From the NCBI RefSeq assembly GCF_002113885.1, contig NW_018480074.1, positions 124,001 to 188,000 on the forward strand: a stretch of DNA of 64,000 bases, in the 5' to 3' direction. The stretch is from Mizuhopecten yessoensis. Taxonomy: Eukaryota. Each line of letters opens with the position of its first letter. The stretch's first letter is position 1. The translations under genes were made by a program, and so were the position numbers. Positions 47,702 through 62,700 of this stretch are shown here, one piece after another. Under the pieces are notes generated by a model. That model saw only the letters and a list, made by a program, of their open reading frames with translations. It was not told the origin of the DNA and did not search any database.

Positions 47702-50700
47702 TTATGTTAGTTCATGATCGTCCTTGACAAAAGTCACGTTCATTTCATCTTTCTTAATTTTCTTTTCCCTGTAGCTGCGAAATAGTGTCACTATCACAGC
47801 ACCAAGGACCAGTCCTGGGAGGAACACACCGAACGCCACACCCACAAACGCACCTGTAAAATAGGTGAGCATGCATATTGTAAATTAGTATCGCATCCAT
47901 GTAACTAACAAATTTCTGGAATAAAACTTAAATTTATTTGAAATAATGTCTCCCTTCGTAAGGTTTAAATCTTAAATAATACCAGATTATATAATTTACC
48001 ATTATAACACAACATATACTGACAAGGTTTGTGGCAGATACTTAAATGCACTGTCTTTTTCTCGGTTATAGAAACAAAGTTTGAATATTTGATCATTCAA
48101 ACAGTAGAACCATCGTACTTATGCTAGATTTCGCTGTGAAAATGCTCATCTGTGCTAATACTAGACTCACCTTTAAAAATACTAGACTAGCTTGTGCTAA
48201 CACTAACCTCACATGTATAACACTAGAATCCCCTGTACAAACACTACACTCACCTGTACAGACACAAGGCTCACCTGTGCAAACACGAGACCCACCTTAA
48301 CAAACACTAGACATACCTGTTGAAAACCCTAGACTCACCTTTATAAACACTAGAATCACATGTACTTACACTAGACTCACATGTACAAACACTAGTCCGA
48401 TATGTACTAACACTAGACTCACCTGTAAAAACACTAGACCGATCTGTACTAACACTAAACTCGCATGTACAAACACTAGACTCACCTTTTCCAATTCTAG
48501 ACTTACCTGTACAACAATAGAATACTAGAATCGCTTTCAAAACACTACGTTAGGCTCACCTGTACAAACACCAGACTCACCTTTATAAACACTACCCTAA
48601 GCTGTTTAAACATTTGACTCACCTGTACCAACACTTTACTCCCTCGCTTAAACAGAAGACGCTCTTTTACAAACCATAAACTCACCTGCGCTAGCATTAG
48701 ACGAGGAGCTGTCAGTCTTGGAAGCAGATTGACCACATCCTGTACCCGGGTTATTACCGGGATTGTAAGGTCGAATGGTCGGCATATTACTTGAAGGTGT
48801 CATTCCAGGGAAAAATCGTCCTGTAAACATGTAAATATAATTAGATTAATAGGGATACTTGATGTACAATGAAAAATCGACAACGGAGTAACAAGAAATG
48901 TTGGTCAAGTCAAATTACAATTTAGAATATTGTTCGATCTGTGTTGAATTTCCCCTCTCGTTCCAGAGCGAAAAGAGAGAAAATAATACTGGGTGAATAT
49001 GTCTCATTTTACAGTATATAACATACTAGATTAAAACTTATCTTAATTAAAATTACTACTCTATTAGTCTATTACTAGAGTAAATTCTATACACATACAG
49101 AATGGATTCTATAGTACTTACTAGTATAAAGACTACAGTTGGCACTGGCGACTACCGATCCTGGAGGAGCCTGCTTTGGTTGTGGGTTATGAAGCATACA
49201 TGTGCTTGTGTTGCTACAGAAGTCGAAACTATGGCAGTTTATGGACTGTTCTTCCACACAGGACTTGGCACATTGTTCAACCGATATCCCTCTGAACAGT
49301 AAAGCTGGGCCGTAATTCATCTGCTTTCCTTCATTCTTCTTGAAATCAAATAAGTACTTCTCTGCCATGAAAAAATATCCACAGTGGGAAGTTACATACA
49401 CAAACATATCTACTTTACGAGGAATCGTTTCAAAGCTTAAAAGCATTAGTTATACTTTCCGAGAAAGGGAGCAGTCTTACTGGTATGTGGGATTTACAAA
49501 TATCAACTAGACCGTTAAACACTTTTTTTTATGAAAAGTGAATACCTAGCAAATCACAGAAAAAATATAGCACACAATAAATTTACAATTAACAATGTTT
49601 TATATAATTAAATGATCCAAATCTATATAAGACTAAGAAAAAAAAACTTCTGCATATTAAGGAGAAATAAAAAAGAACTGATCAACGATCTCTGGTTTAA
49701 GGCTGCAATTAACGTTAATACATTGTGATATGTATTTACTCACTCGAGTAGTGGTTACATTGAGGCGATGTCGTGAGGAAAGAGTCGGGGACATCCAGTG
49801 TGTGTTTTCTTCTCAGTAAACATGACTTGGAGCTGGCACAATAGTCAAATGACTTACACAATAGACTCGTAGTACATCTCTGGGCACACAAGTTGTTCGT
49901 TTTAACAGTTAGCGCGTTTGTGGCTGTCATTTTAAACACCATTCCTGGTAACTCGTCATAATTGTCTAAATACTGACCTGAAAGAAATTCCACCCAATTG
50001 ACAACTTACAGTAATTAAGCACATCTGATACTGTATTAAAACTAGATCTTTCTCTTAATATTTTGTTTATATAAGGACGAATGCTGAATTCTAAAAACTG
50101 TTGAAAAATGGCAATGCCATCGATATTGTATAACAGGAAAATGTCGCCCTTAACCGGTAAATACATTTATGCCTGATGTTAATTTCGCCCTTCACACTTC
50201 ATTACTCTATATTGTTTGCCATGTCTTAATATTCACTGTCACGATAAATTTGAAATTGAAAGAAGGCAAAACAAGCAAAAGGATATACTGCGTCGAAAAC
50301 CTTTTCGTATTAAGTAATGTGTATCCCTTGTGTACGTACGTGAAAAGAGATCACAGGCAGAACTGTACTTGACTTGTTGGAGGTTTTCGTCAGGATGTGT
50401 GGCACTAAGTAAGCAGGTCTCCGAGTTATAACAGTAGCTAAATGACTGACAGTCGAATAAATCCTCCCCGAGACACGCTGCAGCACAGTCGTCCACGGCC
50501 AACCGAGTCTCTTGACCGTCACCTGATCCCGACAGAATGCTGTTCTTCATCTGATGGAATCTACTGAGGATCCGTCCTTTAAATAAATTAATTTTACATA
50601 TTTTAAACCACGGGCCTTTTCTTTTACGTGGAACGACTCAGCAATGATGTGCTTTTAAATGTAATATAAATAAATGTATAAAAGAAAATGAAATAAATAA

Positions 50701-53700
50701 ATTTATAGAAAGAAATGACATGAATAGCAACAAACTTTTCAACAATTGCATAGTTTTGGACTACTAGACTATAACATTTGTTTTGATAAAATGTTACAAT
50801 GAAAATAAGATAAGGGAAAATAGTTGAAAGTAGGTCAAATGGTTTTTTCATGCACTTTAATTGTTTGAAAATATGAATATATGTCATACTCTCGTTTGAA
50901 GACAAATTCTTACATGCAAAACCGGGTTGACATTTTTCTAAATTTATCTTGGGAAATGATAATTGATAAGTTTACGATTAACTCTTTGCATTTGCACCTA
51001 CACAACATTAAAACTGCCTACATCGCAAGGGACCTTTAGGATTAACATTACTTTCAAGCTTTCCCTGTTTTATGAAACAGCGAAACATTCTTATTATTTA
51101 AATAGAATACGATCTTCCGTTTTCGGCTCTCAAATAATAGATTTGAAGGCAGTAACATCCTTATTTTCTTGTCAAAAATATATCCTTTGTTGATTTGATA
51201 AATCTATGTTAAGTTCTAACGATCTCTGATCAAAACGACAAAACAATTCTTACCACCATTTTGTTACTCTTTATACAATGTTTCCCTTTTTGTTACAAAA
51301 AAAGTGTAATTTTTACAGAATTCAAGCCTTCCTTGTCAATATTGATATGTTCATTCAGTCACTTTTGGTAAGAAAAAAATCGCATGGTTTTGAACTTCAA
51401 TTCAATTAGTGAAAAACAGGGTGTTTTGAATTAAGTAGCTTATTATTGTGTTTCAACTATTGGTCAAATACAGTTAGCCAACCTCCCCTGCTCTGCTTTA
51501 TAAATCTGATTAAAAGAATAAGAAATGAAAATTAAGTATCAAACATATCAACAAGTGATGATGTTACCTGTTTGTTGTTGACCATTAGGCCGTACAATGT
51601 CGTCACGGATTGAAGACGCAGAAAATATTTTGGCCTAGCAAAAAAAAAAAAAAAATAGGTCAGCGCTCAGGTAAAAGTGAAGACATTGAAAGAATTAATC
51701 ATGAAGTAGTTTGCCACAAACAATGTGCATTTTTATATTCAAAATAGGCAAACTACCATTCGTACATTTGTCCTGATATACATATTTAATTATTAATTCG
51801 TACATACAGTTGTTTATATTTTCATATGTCCATTAGATAGTTTACATTAAATTAGAACCAGATAAGACAATTCTATTTTCAATATCGAGTAAATATCGTA
51901 ACTATATTACTGCTCAATGATAAAGTTTGTACTATGGCCTTTAATTTGATATATAGTGATAGACATTTATAATGTTGTAGGTGATATGGTGCCTAAGGTA
52001 ACGTATTTGTGTGAGAATATGACTGGTTTACCGTTACCATTTCACCATTGGGGATGGTGACGTTAAACTTCCCTGAGTAAACAACGTTCTTTAGTCTGGT
52101 GTAAGCTTGCTGTATGCTAGGAATAGAAACCGTACTGGCCTGGACAGTTTCTACAACATCAAAGTTGCAATGTGAACATGTATAAGGCCATTTAATGCAC
52201 ATACATATAATATATATATGAATTGGGTAAATGTCTATCGATCATACAACTCTACCAACGAGTTATTTCGGAATAGAATGAAAATCCATTTACCAAGTAA
52301 GTCAACTCTTGACAACGTGGAGCAGTGATAATGAATGTATTACTAAAGCAGCACTACCATGTGAAATTGTGAAGTACATGTGTATAACATGTGATAACAT
52401 ACGTATGCAAAGTACAATTTACTGGAGTATTGTTGACAGTATTAAAACATACAAACTAGAGTAACGATGATAGCATTGTGAAGTATAACGTAATGGCGTA
52501 TTGGGGTGAAGTATAACCGTAAACGTACATATTTAAGCGGTACCCTAATTTTAGCGCTTTCTTTTTCATGGTTTAAATATTGCACTTAATTAAGATTGAA
52601 GTTTCTGAATACAGTTTTCAATTGCATATATTATGAGTGTGCCAATTCACCAATGTGATCATACCCTAAAAATGGAGTCCGCTAAAATAACTACATTTGA
52701 GTTACTTTAGGGGATAGTAGGGATGGCAATAATGCGTAGAATTACTAACTGGAAACGTGATGACAGTTTGAAAAGTATTGCTCACAGTAGAAGTGATTGC
52801 AGTATTATGAAGTATAACTTACTGTCGAAGTGATATGAAGAATTACTTACTTGAATAGTGATAACAGACTGTTCTGACGTTGACCTTCGCTCCGTCCTGA
52901 CTATGATTTTTGTTGAGGAAACAATAGTTGGCCTGGGGGCAGTAGTCAAAACTATTGCAAGGGAAGCTGCTGAGAGAGCTACAGAGGTCAGCGCAGCTTT
53001 TCACCGTACCGATATTAGGGAAATTGGCATCAGACTTGTGGGGTGAGAATGTTCCCGGCACCAACGTGAAATCATCTATAATAAAAAAAAAAAAAAATGA
53101 TGTCAGCTACTGGTAATTACACTTTTATCAGTCCGTTTTGTAGTGATCTACTACAACGAGGTAATGACACATTTGATAAAATTCTAACGGTAGAGTTAGA
53201 TCTACTAGGACGACAGATATATGATACCTAGAACAATACAAGGGTAAGTAATTTTGTTTTCGTCCTTGGCCGGTAATGACAAGAATAAATGACGTGAAGG
53301 TCAATCAAATACTCAAATAACTGTTTAACCCTCCATCCCTAGTCACTTCTTGTTTACCCAGGAAAGGGTTCCTGCCGAGGAGAGTGCTTGTGACGTAGAT
53401 ATTGTCGTCATCATAATCCACCTGTGTTCCCTGGAAACGGATGACGGATGCATTGGTGCACTCAGACATTTTTATCTGGGACATCAGCTGGAATATTTTG
53501 CTGTAGATATCCAAGAATGGATGGAATTTACCTACAACACAGCACACCAGATCATGAAGAGTATTCTTGGATACATTAAACTTAAAATCAGTAATTAAAA
53601 TGATACATGGGGAATTTTGCTTCATCTGTAAAAAGGCATTAATGAACAGTTCCGCATAAAAATAATTGACTGATTTTATCTTATGTAAATTTCTTTTGTT

Positions 53701-56700
53701 ACAAAACCGCATTATTCGAAATGACAAATTATTTCAAGTCCATTTCTAGAGCTAGGCCATTTAGTTTATTTCTCTTTAACCGTATGTTTAGTGACAAACG
53801 GGCCTTTAATAAAGATAGTTGTGAGCATTCACAACCCCAAAAGTCGTGTTACGAGTTTAAACAGAGAGCCGTGCGACTAAGATTAACAAATGAACTTTAT
53901 TTCAGCAGCAATTCTGAACATATAGTGTTATAAATTATACTGACTTGTTCGTTTTGATTACAATGGCTACAACTTGCCAAGCTCATTTATAAAAACGAAT
54001 TAAAACATTTTTGTAAAATAAATTTATCAATCTAAGTCTATTTGCACAAAAATGCACAAGTCTATGGTGAGAAAGTGCGTGCAAAGTTTCATGGAATAGG
54101 CCAAGGACATAAACGGTAACCTGGAGAAAACTGTGTTAAATACAGATGAATTCACTACCTACTATTTGTATACTTTGTGTATAATTGTTAAATATGATTG
54201 ATTTAAAAATATTTACAATAATAATTCAGCAATGAGAAGTACGGAGAGACCGACAAGAAGCAGTGCAGTGCAGACAATGTTCAGTCACTATGCACTGCAG
54301 GATAGGAGACCAATGCAAGGCTGTGGTAATATATATCAAACATGGTCGCTCTGAGGAAACCAATGCAAAGCTTTAGTGTTTGGAAGATAGATAACTGGAG
54401 TACTGGAAAAAATCAAAGAAAGTTTGTTCTTGGTGTCTTGGATGATAAATGGAGGACTGGAGGAAAGCAATGCGACGCTGCAGTGATTTAGATGCTATAG
54501 TGTAAATGTGCTTGGTGAAGATATGATTCTGAAGGTGAGTTACTAGTCATAAGACGAACTGACCAGGAAATTGAATTTGAAAATGGCGTTGATTGGCTTC
54601 ACTGAAACATTTTCTGATATCAAAGACAGAAAGATCTGGGTGTGACACTTCCTCAAAGTCAAAGAAGTCATATGCAATAAATAGACTTTGCTGTGAAGAG
54701 AAAAAAACCATAAACCATACAATTCATCGTAGTAAAACTCAAACTTGATGTAAACCAAGGTTGTACATATATATACTGGATATAAATTAGGGACTCACGT
54801 AAATTATCAATTGTAGTTTTGATAGGGTTTAAGTAGACATAATACCCGCGGCTTTGAAAACGAGTAACAAGCGTGAATATACGTTCCCGGTAAATCATCT
54901 ACTAGTATAACGTCGATTTCATTTGACTTTATCTTAATTCAACACTAATGACCTTGACGCAACCTAGAATAACTGGTGTGATCTTGGTGTAACACCCATG
55001 CTAAATAATCTGTAAATGTCCACATCTTTCACGTGCACATATTACTTTTGAAACAGGATGAGGATCATGGACCGAACAAATATTTTGGTCTTTAATTCCT
55101 TCAACTTTTCAAATTAAACTCCGGACTCTATTTATAAGAGTTTTGTTCAGAGCTTTGTTTCCTGGTCCAATACCTTCTATCCACTAGTAAATATACTCTC
55201 TGTGAACCGACATCAAAACGCGTCTTGTCTAGTTCAATCCCTTATACTAGACAGGAAAGTTAACAGTTGACTAGTCTTATTTAACTTTCCCGGGTACATG
55301 CAGATGAGGATATATTTTTTTATCATAATATCACTGGATTTTTATTAACATTGTTCTGCTGATATCGTTGGCGATAAATGAATGATAATTGAATATCTCT
55401 TATGAATGACATTTTTTTATCATTATTGTTAATGAAATCACATTTTTTTTTTGAGCACAAGTATTTTTTTGACGAGTACAAGTGATTTTATATGAGAACA
55501 AAATGTAGCATTCTCAGCTGTGTTCTTAGTTCTCATTACAATCAACAATATTCAAACGAACTCTCTGAATCCGCAAATCTCTAAATGATGTCCAGGGGGG
55601 AGGGGGGGGGGGACTCCCTGAACCCCCCTTCACAACCCCTAGTAAACACGTATCTTAAACCAGCCTGATAGTAAATATATATGTGCGGATATGTACAGAA
55701 GAGCATTAGGACCACGTAGAAAAAGATATTAAGTCGAAGTCTCGAGTTAGTCAAAATTTCGAGTTATCTTGAAATCTCGACTTACTCGAAATTTTGATGT
55801 AGTTACACGAAAAACATCTAAATGTGTTTGTTATTCTACGTAGCCCTGAGATTCTTCAGTAGTTATCTTTGTTTTATGTTGCATGCTATAATCCCAATTT
55901 AATAATACAGTATTATATATTTAAGAGATACTTCTGACTGCAATTAACCTGCTACAAGTAATGCATCATGGAGATCTCTATTACATTGGTCTTATTATAC
56001 ACACGAGTTTTTACCTGCATTATTGTCATCTCCATGCGGACAGGTTGAGAAAACGTCAGATCCCTGGAATCCTCTGGCACTTCCGTCCAGCCACCCTACG
56101 GATAAACGGTGCTTTTTCAAGTTAAGACCATCTATTTCCACATCATTACAGAGCAGTAATATTTACTTCCGGTTATTAAAACGTCAATTGCATTATGACA
56201 TATATCATAAATATCCGTGATGACTGGCCGGAAATGTTTTATTTCGATTGGAGACACATTCACGATACTATGATTTGTTATATGTGAGACTTACACATGG
56301 TTAGAAGTAAATTTTGGTAACTTCAATCATAGTGTGGTTGCAGAGGGCTACACACGTTTAATAATATTAGTGTTAAGCTAATTACAACCATACTCATGTT
56401 GTTGCAACTAAAAGGCAGTTTAGTCCCTTATGCTTTTCAAATTATTGTTTTTTGATACTCTAAGGCGATTCTGAGTCTCGTACTCAGTTGTGCTTTGCCA
56501 ATCATACTTCGTTGAAACTTCAAAATCGAAGTTTTGAAAACATGATTGCTTTACACACCAAGAAGACCAAAATTTGAAAAATATAAGATATGATATAACA
56601 ATGTATTTATAAATGCAATGTAATACAAATTTCTATCCTAGTGCTCAACGGTTGAGCTTAACGGAAATTTGCACTAGCTGAACCATTAACAAACGACTAA

Positions 56701-59700
56701 ATAAGTTACACCCTATTGTAAATTAACATCGTAGTCACCGAGGGTTACCGTAACATTTATCACCACATTTAGCACGGTTCATAACAAACATACTTAATTG
56801 ATTATTAATTTGAAATTCTTTTTGAGTTATTCCACCCTTTTTGACACCTAGCTTCAGCGATGGGTTCTAGAATCAGCTGTATGGCGCAGTAAAAATCATG
56901 TATTGGCATACTGTATTAATTTCCAAATTTTATAGGGATCCATATTTTTTTGTTACATTCATCTTCTGAGACATACAATGTAACCGCATTGTTTTCGTCG
57001 TATTTGAGACATTTAAAACTTATTCGCAAATCATAGGATTTGCTAGAGTGTATTGTTAACGGGCTTCTGATATTTTTACATAGAGTGATATTATTTCTCT
57101 TAGTGTGAAACTGATATTGGGATTAACATTTCCTGCTGAACATTTCTAATACAAAATTTCCATTTCAGAAATAGGGAAGCCTTGCTGATATTTACCTCGA
57201 GGAAGAAGTACCTGATGAGAGCTGTGTTGTTGGTAAAAGACAGTCCTGGCATACCGAAGTTCTGAACGAGGATTTCGTAACCACTACAAAGTTGGCCTCG
57301 AATAGATTTCTGGAGAAAAAAATGTTTGGTTTACTTACATCAATTTCAGTCATTACCATATGATCATACTGTTCTTCGGAATCTGTTAGCGTATATTTTA
57401 CAATAAACTTCCCTCGGAATAGTATAAATATATACATGCTATTAAATGTACGACAAAATTTATAAATCGTCGTTTAAAACATGCAGCCTGGAAAATTGAC
57501 AACAGAGCTTACCTCAGCCAAGTACATGCACTTTAATACATGTGAACAATTAAAAATACTTATCTCAAAAAGATTAATGATTATTCAATATAGATTACAC
57601 CTGACTCACTCAATTACCTGTCCGATAAATTTGTAGTTATTAGATATATGGAAAAATTCAAGTGGGCTCTTCATCTGCACAACATACGCTCCATTTTTCA
57701 GGGCGACCTTTGGATCTACTTCACTGTCAATACCGGCGGATCCAATGGGTGCCACGGTACAGTTCTCAAAGTCCCTATCAATAGTATAGGCCACACCTGC
57801 AAAGTGGTGAAAAGGAGTAAATAGGAGCCTCAGTACTCCACACCTGCAATATGGGGTTCAGATGCTTGTATTAAAGGGAGAATGGGAGACATGGTACATT
57901 CTTGTAAATCCTTGTGTTATTTTGCCAAACCTCTAATAATGCTAAAATGTTTGATATAAAAGTATAAATTGGAGCAGTATACATTCTTGCAAAACCCTAA
58001 AGTATTGGCAAAGCTAGTGGTGAAAAATTGGTATTGAAAGAATGAATGGGATCTACGGTACAGTTTTGTGAAACTCTGTGATGAAGGCCACATAGGTTAT
58101 AAGGTAGCAATGTACAGTAAAAATGGCCTAAAATAAAGGGCATGTCTCAGATAAACATGGATAGTGGAATCATCCTGCGAAACACACCTACTAACAAATA
58201 TATATTTATAAACTGCATTTTTGATATATATTTTTGAGAAGTATGATTTTTTCAAGTAGTTAATATTACCTACTCGGTAAGAGAAATACTCAAGTTTTAG
58301 CATAGGTAATCCGGTGGATTTTCCAATTCATTTACGCAGAGTACAAAAATAGACTTCATGAAAAGCTAGCTTTTGGTGTGCCCACGTAGTCCACTTCATC
58401 ATGTATATACCAATTTTAGTGCTGATTTTTGTTAACATTTTGAGAAATGTAATATTACAGGGGCTATTCATTATACAAAAATATCACTCATGGCCACTGT
58501 CACTACTATGCACTGCTACCTAAAGCTTAAACTGTGATACGGACCTGTGTTGAAGTCATGTATGAGTGTCATCGGGTTGGTGGAGTAAAACGGCGGTGTT
58601 GGCTTGTAGGATTGATGGTAATCATATCGTACAAATTTGTAAGAGGAATCGTACCAAACCTGCAAAGATTTAGTCGACTGTTTTAATTCGGAGGTCTTTG
58701 ATTACAATTAGAAATCGTCCAATTAATTCCTGTTTATATTTGGTCGGGTTTGGTACACCTAAAAGAACGTTCTCGGTCTTCAAAGTCAGATTTATCAAAT
58801 AAAAAAGTTAAAACATTAATACATAATGCTAAAAAATAATCTTTTACCTTGAAATATTGAATAATTTGGAGAAGAACCAAACATTAACTATTTGTTGTTA
58901 TTTTATGTCTTATGAATCAAACAAAACTACAATCGATAGCAGCTTTTCACACCTTCAATTGTCCTTACATACACCACAGTAAATCAATTTCTTAATAATA
59001 AAAAAATGTTACTGCAACTATCACATATACGACTTCTTGATTTCTCAAGTTCAAGCCACCCTGTGTTGATTATACCTTCTCCCTAATCCTCCCGAAACGT
59101 CAACGCAAATTTCGTTTATTTTCAAAAATGTATATAACTTCCATACCCTTGACTATATTCACATTTTTGTCTAAGAGAAAGACAAAGATTTAAGAATTCA
59201 AATTGGAACGAAATGCACACGTCTAACAGCGTATATTTTGCTTATTGAAATTCGAGATTTTCATAATGCTACTATCAAATACTCTTCATAAGAGCATATG
59301 TCTATGATGTAATTTTGGTTTATGCTTGCATACATTGAAACAAGAATAACAATGGAGACATTCTTGTTAAATTCAACTTACCTTGGAACTGTATACCTCG
59401 GCTATGCTTGGTATTGTGACTTCCTGGCTGTAGGAGAACTGACCCGATAGCTTGGGCATTGCTACAGGGGTGATCAGCCCTTAAGTAAAAACAGAGAATA
59501 CCAAAGTGTCAACAAAACTCAAAGTTGATGAAGACAGTTGATGCAACAAAACCCAAAAGAACACAAATTAGCATAATAACGAAATGAACATTCCCAACGC
59601 CCAAATGAATCATGATGGCGACTTCAACTTTCCCATAACATTCCTCATACAGCATCATTCGATTCCTGTATTGTACGTTCGTCAGCATATATAATGAAAT

Positions 59701-62700
59701 TGTGTTTTTCGGAGCAAACTCGTGAATATATCTGCAACAAACATCAAAGATAGGCAAAGCAGGAATAGTACTATCAAGAAAGGAAGATGTTACGGTTGGA
59801 AAATCAAAATCGTCACTCTTATACAGCTTACTAGTAAGCCGTCCCTTTTGGTCGTGTTGTAAGTCAGTGGTAGAAGAGTGGGTATTACCCTTGATTTAAA
59901 GTTCAGGAGAGTGAATACCATCTACGTAATTAATAAATTTCTTGTTATTTAAAAAAACAATCCATCAAAATTGAAGGACTTTGGTCTTTGTAACTTGATA
60001 AAAGAGCTAAGTTTTCAGTTAAATAATGTTAATATGTTATTGATATAAAACTTCGGACGTTAAACTGAGGCTTTAAGGGACATACAATGGTAGATATTAT
60101 TGATATAAAGGGTTCAATACTCACCTTGTATGACCTGTGTATCCACGGCCTCGTATTCAACCATCTTCAAAAAGACAGTAAACATAATTGAAGACGTTTC
60201 AATTCATTCAAAATTGAAAATGTCGTTAAAATCACGAATATTTATTCATCCCAGTCTCTACAACATGAATTGTAAATTGATACAGTGACCAAGACGGGAC
60301 GATAATATGTAACCCAATAAACGAAATACAACTTTCTTGCAAAAAGGTAAACGTTTCGCAACGTTTTAACGATGTGTCTATTAAGTCAACATAACGAAAT
60401 CAACTATACTCTCTAATCAGATACACGCTTACTATCATATTTTATTAAGTGTCCTACCTGACTATTATCCTCTTCTACCTGAAACATCAATTCCTGGTTG
60501 TAAACAGCAATGCGGAGGGCAGCATATGCATCCAGTATAGTTACCTCAGGTCGACGTGGGGCATTCACATTTCCTGGAATATATGTTTTCTTAATTGAGA
60601 AAATACAGAGACTAGTGTTATGTTATCAATTTTGAATTTTTGGTATAACACTTTCAATTTTGTTTTAAATAGTTGTTGAAGTACGATTTGCGACATGTCT
60701 TACTGACATGAAAGGATCACATCACCTCAATTCGATTTACTTCTTAATATTGTGAGTGGATCATATAACGAGTTTCTTTTGAGAAATAGAAACAAGGATT
60801 TTAGACGTGTTTAACAAAAGAAGTGGAATCAAATGATCTGTTTCTGTAACAATCCTATATAACATATCATAACACCTTGTGGGTTAACAGTTGATTTCAA
60901 GCCTTTTGTTGATTTCTTTCATCTTCTTCAGTACAGGCACACTGACGCACATAGAAGCAAATGTATCAGGAATTGTGGGTGGGTTTGATGGACGATATTG
61001 GAATATTGATGGACAAATATCATTTGAGTATAAAGAGCAGAGTCTCTGGTGAGTCCTTACTTGAGTAATGAGAGCAAGGACTCTGGATGAGTACTGCTGT
61101 CCCGTCACCAATATGGCTGCGGCTGAGACGACATGAGCCACTGTCCATAGGACAGAAATCGAAACTATTACACGTGATATTTTTCAGGTCCACACAGAAG
61201 TCAGCACACTCCATAGGAGAGGTAGTTTTGGGAATCACCATATCGTCGTGTTTCTCAATCTCCCGCCCAGTAATGTATGTGAACTGAGCTGAAATGTAAA
61301 TCCTGGAATTATTCATAGGTATTACAATGTTTCCTCCCCACGTTTTGGACTGTATTGCATACCAGCACTATTAACGATAATTTGGTTACGTTACTTTATG
61401 GTAGGTTATCCATTTTGCAACTGGTTGCTAGTGTCCAGAGTGTATATAATACAAAATTAATTAACCTTTCGTTCCTTTTTTTCTTTTAAAAATCAAAATT
61501 TAAAAAAAAAAAAAAATCAAATTTCGTCTGGTTTTCATTGAAATTGTACCATATGCCTAGTAACTGTCCCCTATAACATTCATGTTCACCAAGCGTAAAA
61601 TTAATCCCTCAGTGAGATAGATTCTCTCTTCACAAGTTAAATTCAAACTTACAAAAGTCTTTATCGCACTTCACAATGGAAATACTCAGTAATCAGTGTA
61701 CTTATATACTTTGTAGCGATCAATTTGGGCTAATTACGGAAGCCGAAAAGTCAACTACGGCAAGCAGTTTCTGGTATATAGAAATCACGTGCTGTATTTT
61801 CGCCGTTGAAGGTGCATCAACACCTTTAATGTATGACTTTATAGTTGAAATAGTAGTTAGATAGAACGTTTGTGAATTTAGTATATAATATTTGCTAATA
61901 TCAGGCTATACGCCGTTTCCCAAAGTATAAATAAAAAACAGAAATAAAATTTGTTCGTTTTCGGTTTATTGGATAAAGTTGTGGAAAACGTCAAATATCA
62001 ATTTTACTCTCTTTCTCCTGGTTTAGCCCTTTGGTTTTTCCTAGAAATATAGTGGGAATGTTGAATTAAGCCTGTATTAATATAAGCCCATTAAGAGGAG
62101 TCATTATGTTCACTTCTTACCTGTAGCTGGAGTCCGGTCCAGCAATGTGGCAAATAGAAACACGTCACCTACGTCGCGTTCGACAAAGACATCTTGGACC
62201 CGTATAGGCGAAACACTCATTTTCTCTGCCATGAGTAACCGTGTCTTCAGTTTAAATATATCGGCTGTATCCTGGTTATATAAAGCTGCAGAAAAGATAT
62301 AAATGATCAATATTAAAAGTTAAAAAATAAAAGCAAAATTTTATAAATTAAAACTGATATCTTTACGCGGCCTGAACCAGTTACTGTGATGTGCTTACCG
62401 TTTGTCTTTAATGGACTAGATAAGCCAGTATAACATTGAAATATAATCACGTTCGTCTAATCTACTGATCAATGCCCTTTTTATTTCAACATTTGACAAA
62501 CACAGCAACTTTAACGTTGTTAAAAGTGCCCTAAACGATACCCTGTACCTCAAAATTACAAGTCTCTGCAATATGCAATCTCAAAGAAATGGTATATACA
62601 TATTGTATTGTTAATAATAAATAAGTACACTGGTGGTATTGACCAATCAAACCGGTTCATCTTATTCATTGCATCCAAACTATCGCTCATTTTAATATGC

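Noticed and set aside
55595-55630. G-rich run with G-quadruplex potential
   Set aside because: Homopolymer within a repeat fragment; length is unreliable and nothing suggests function.
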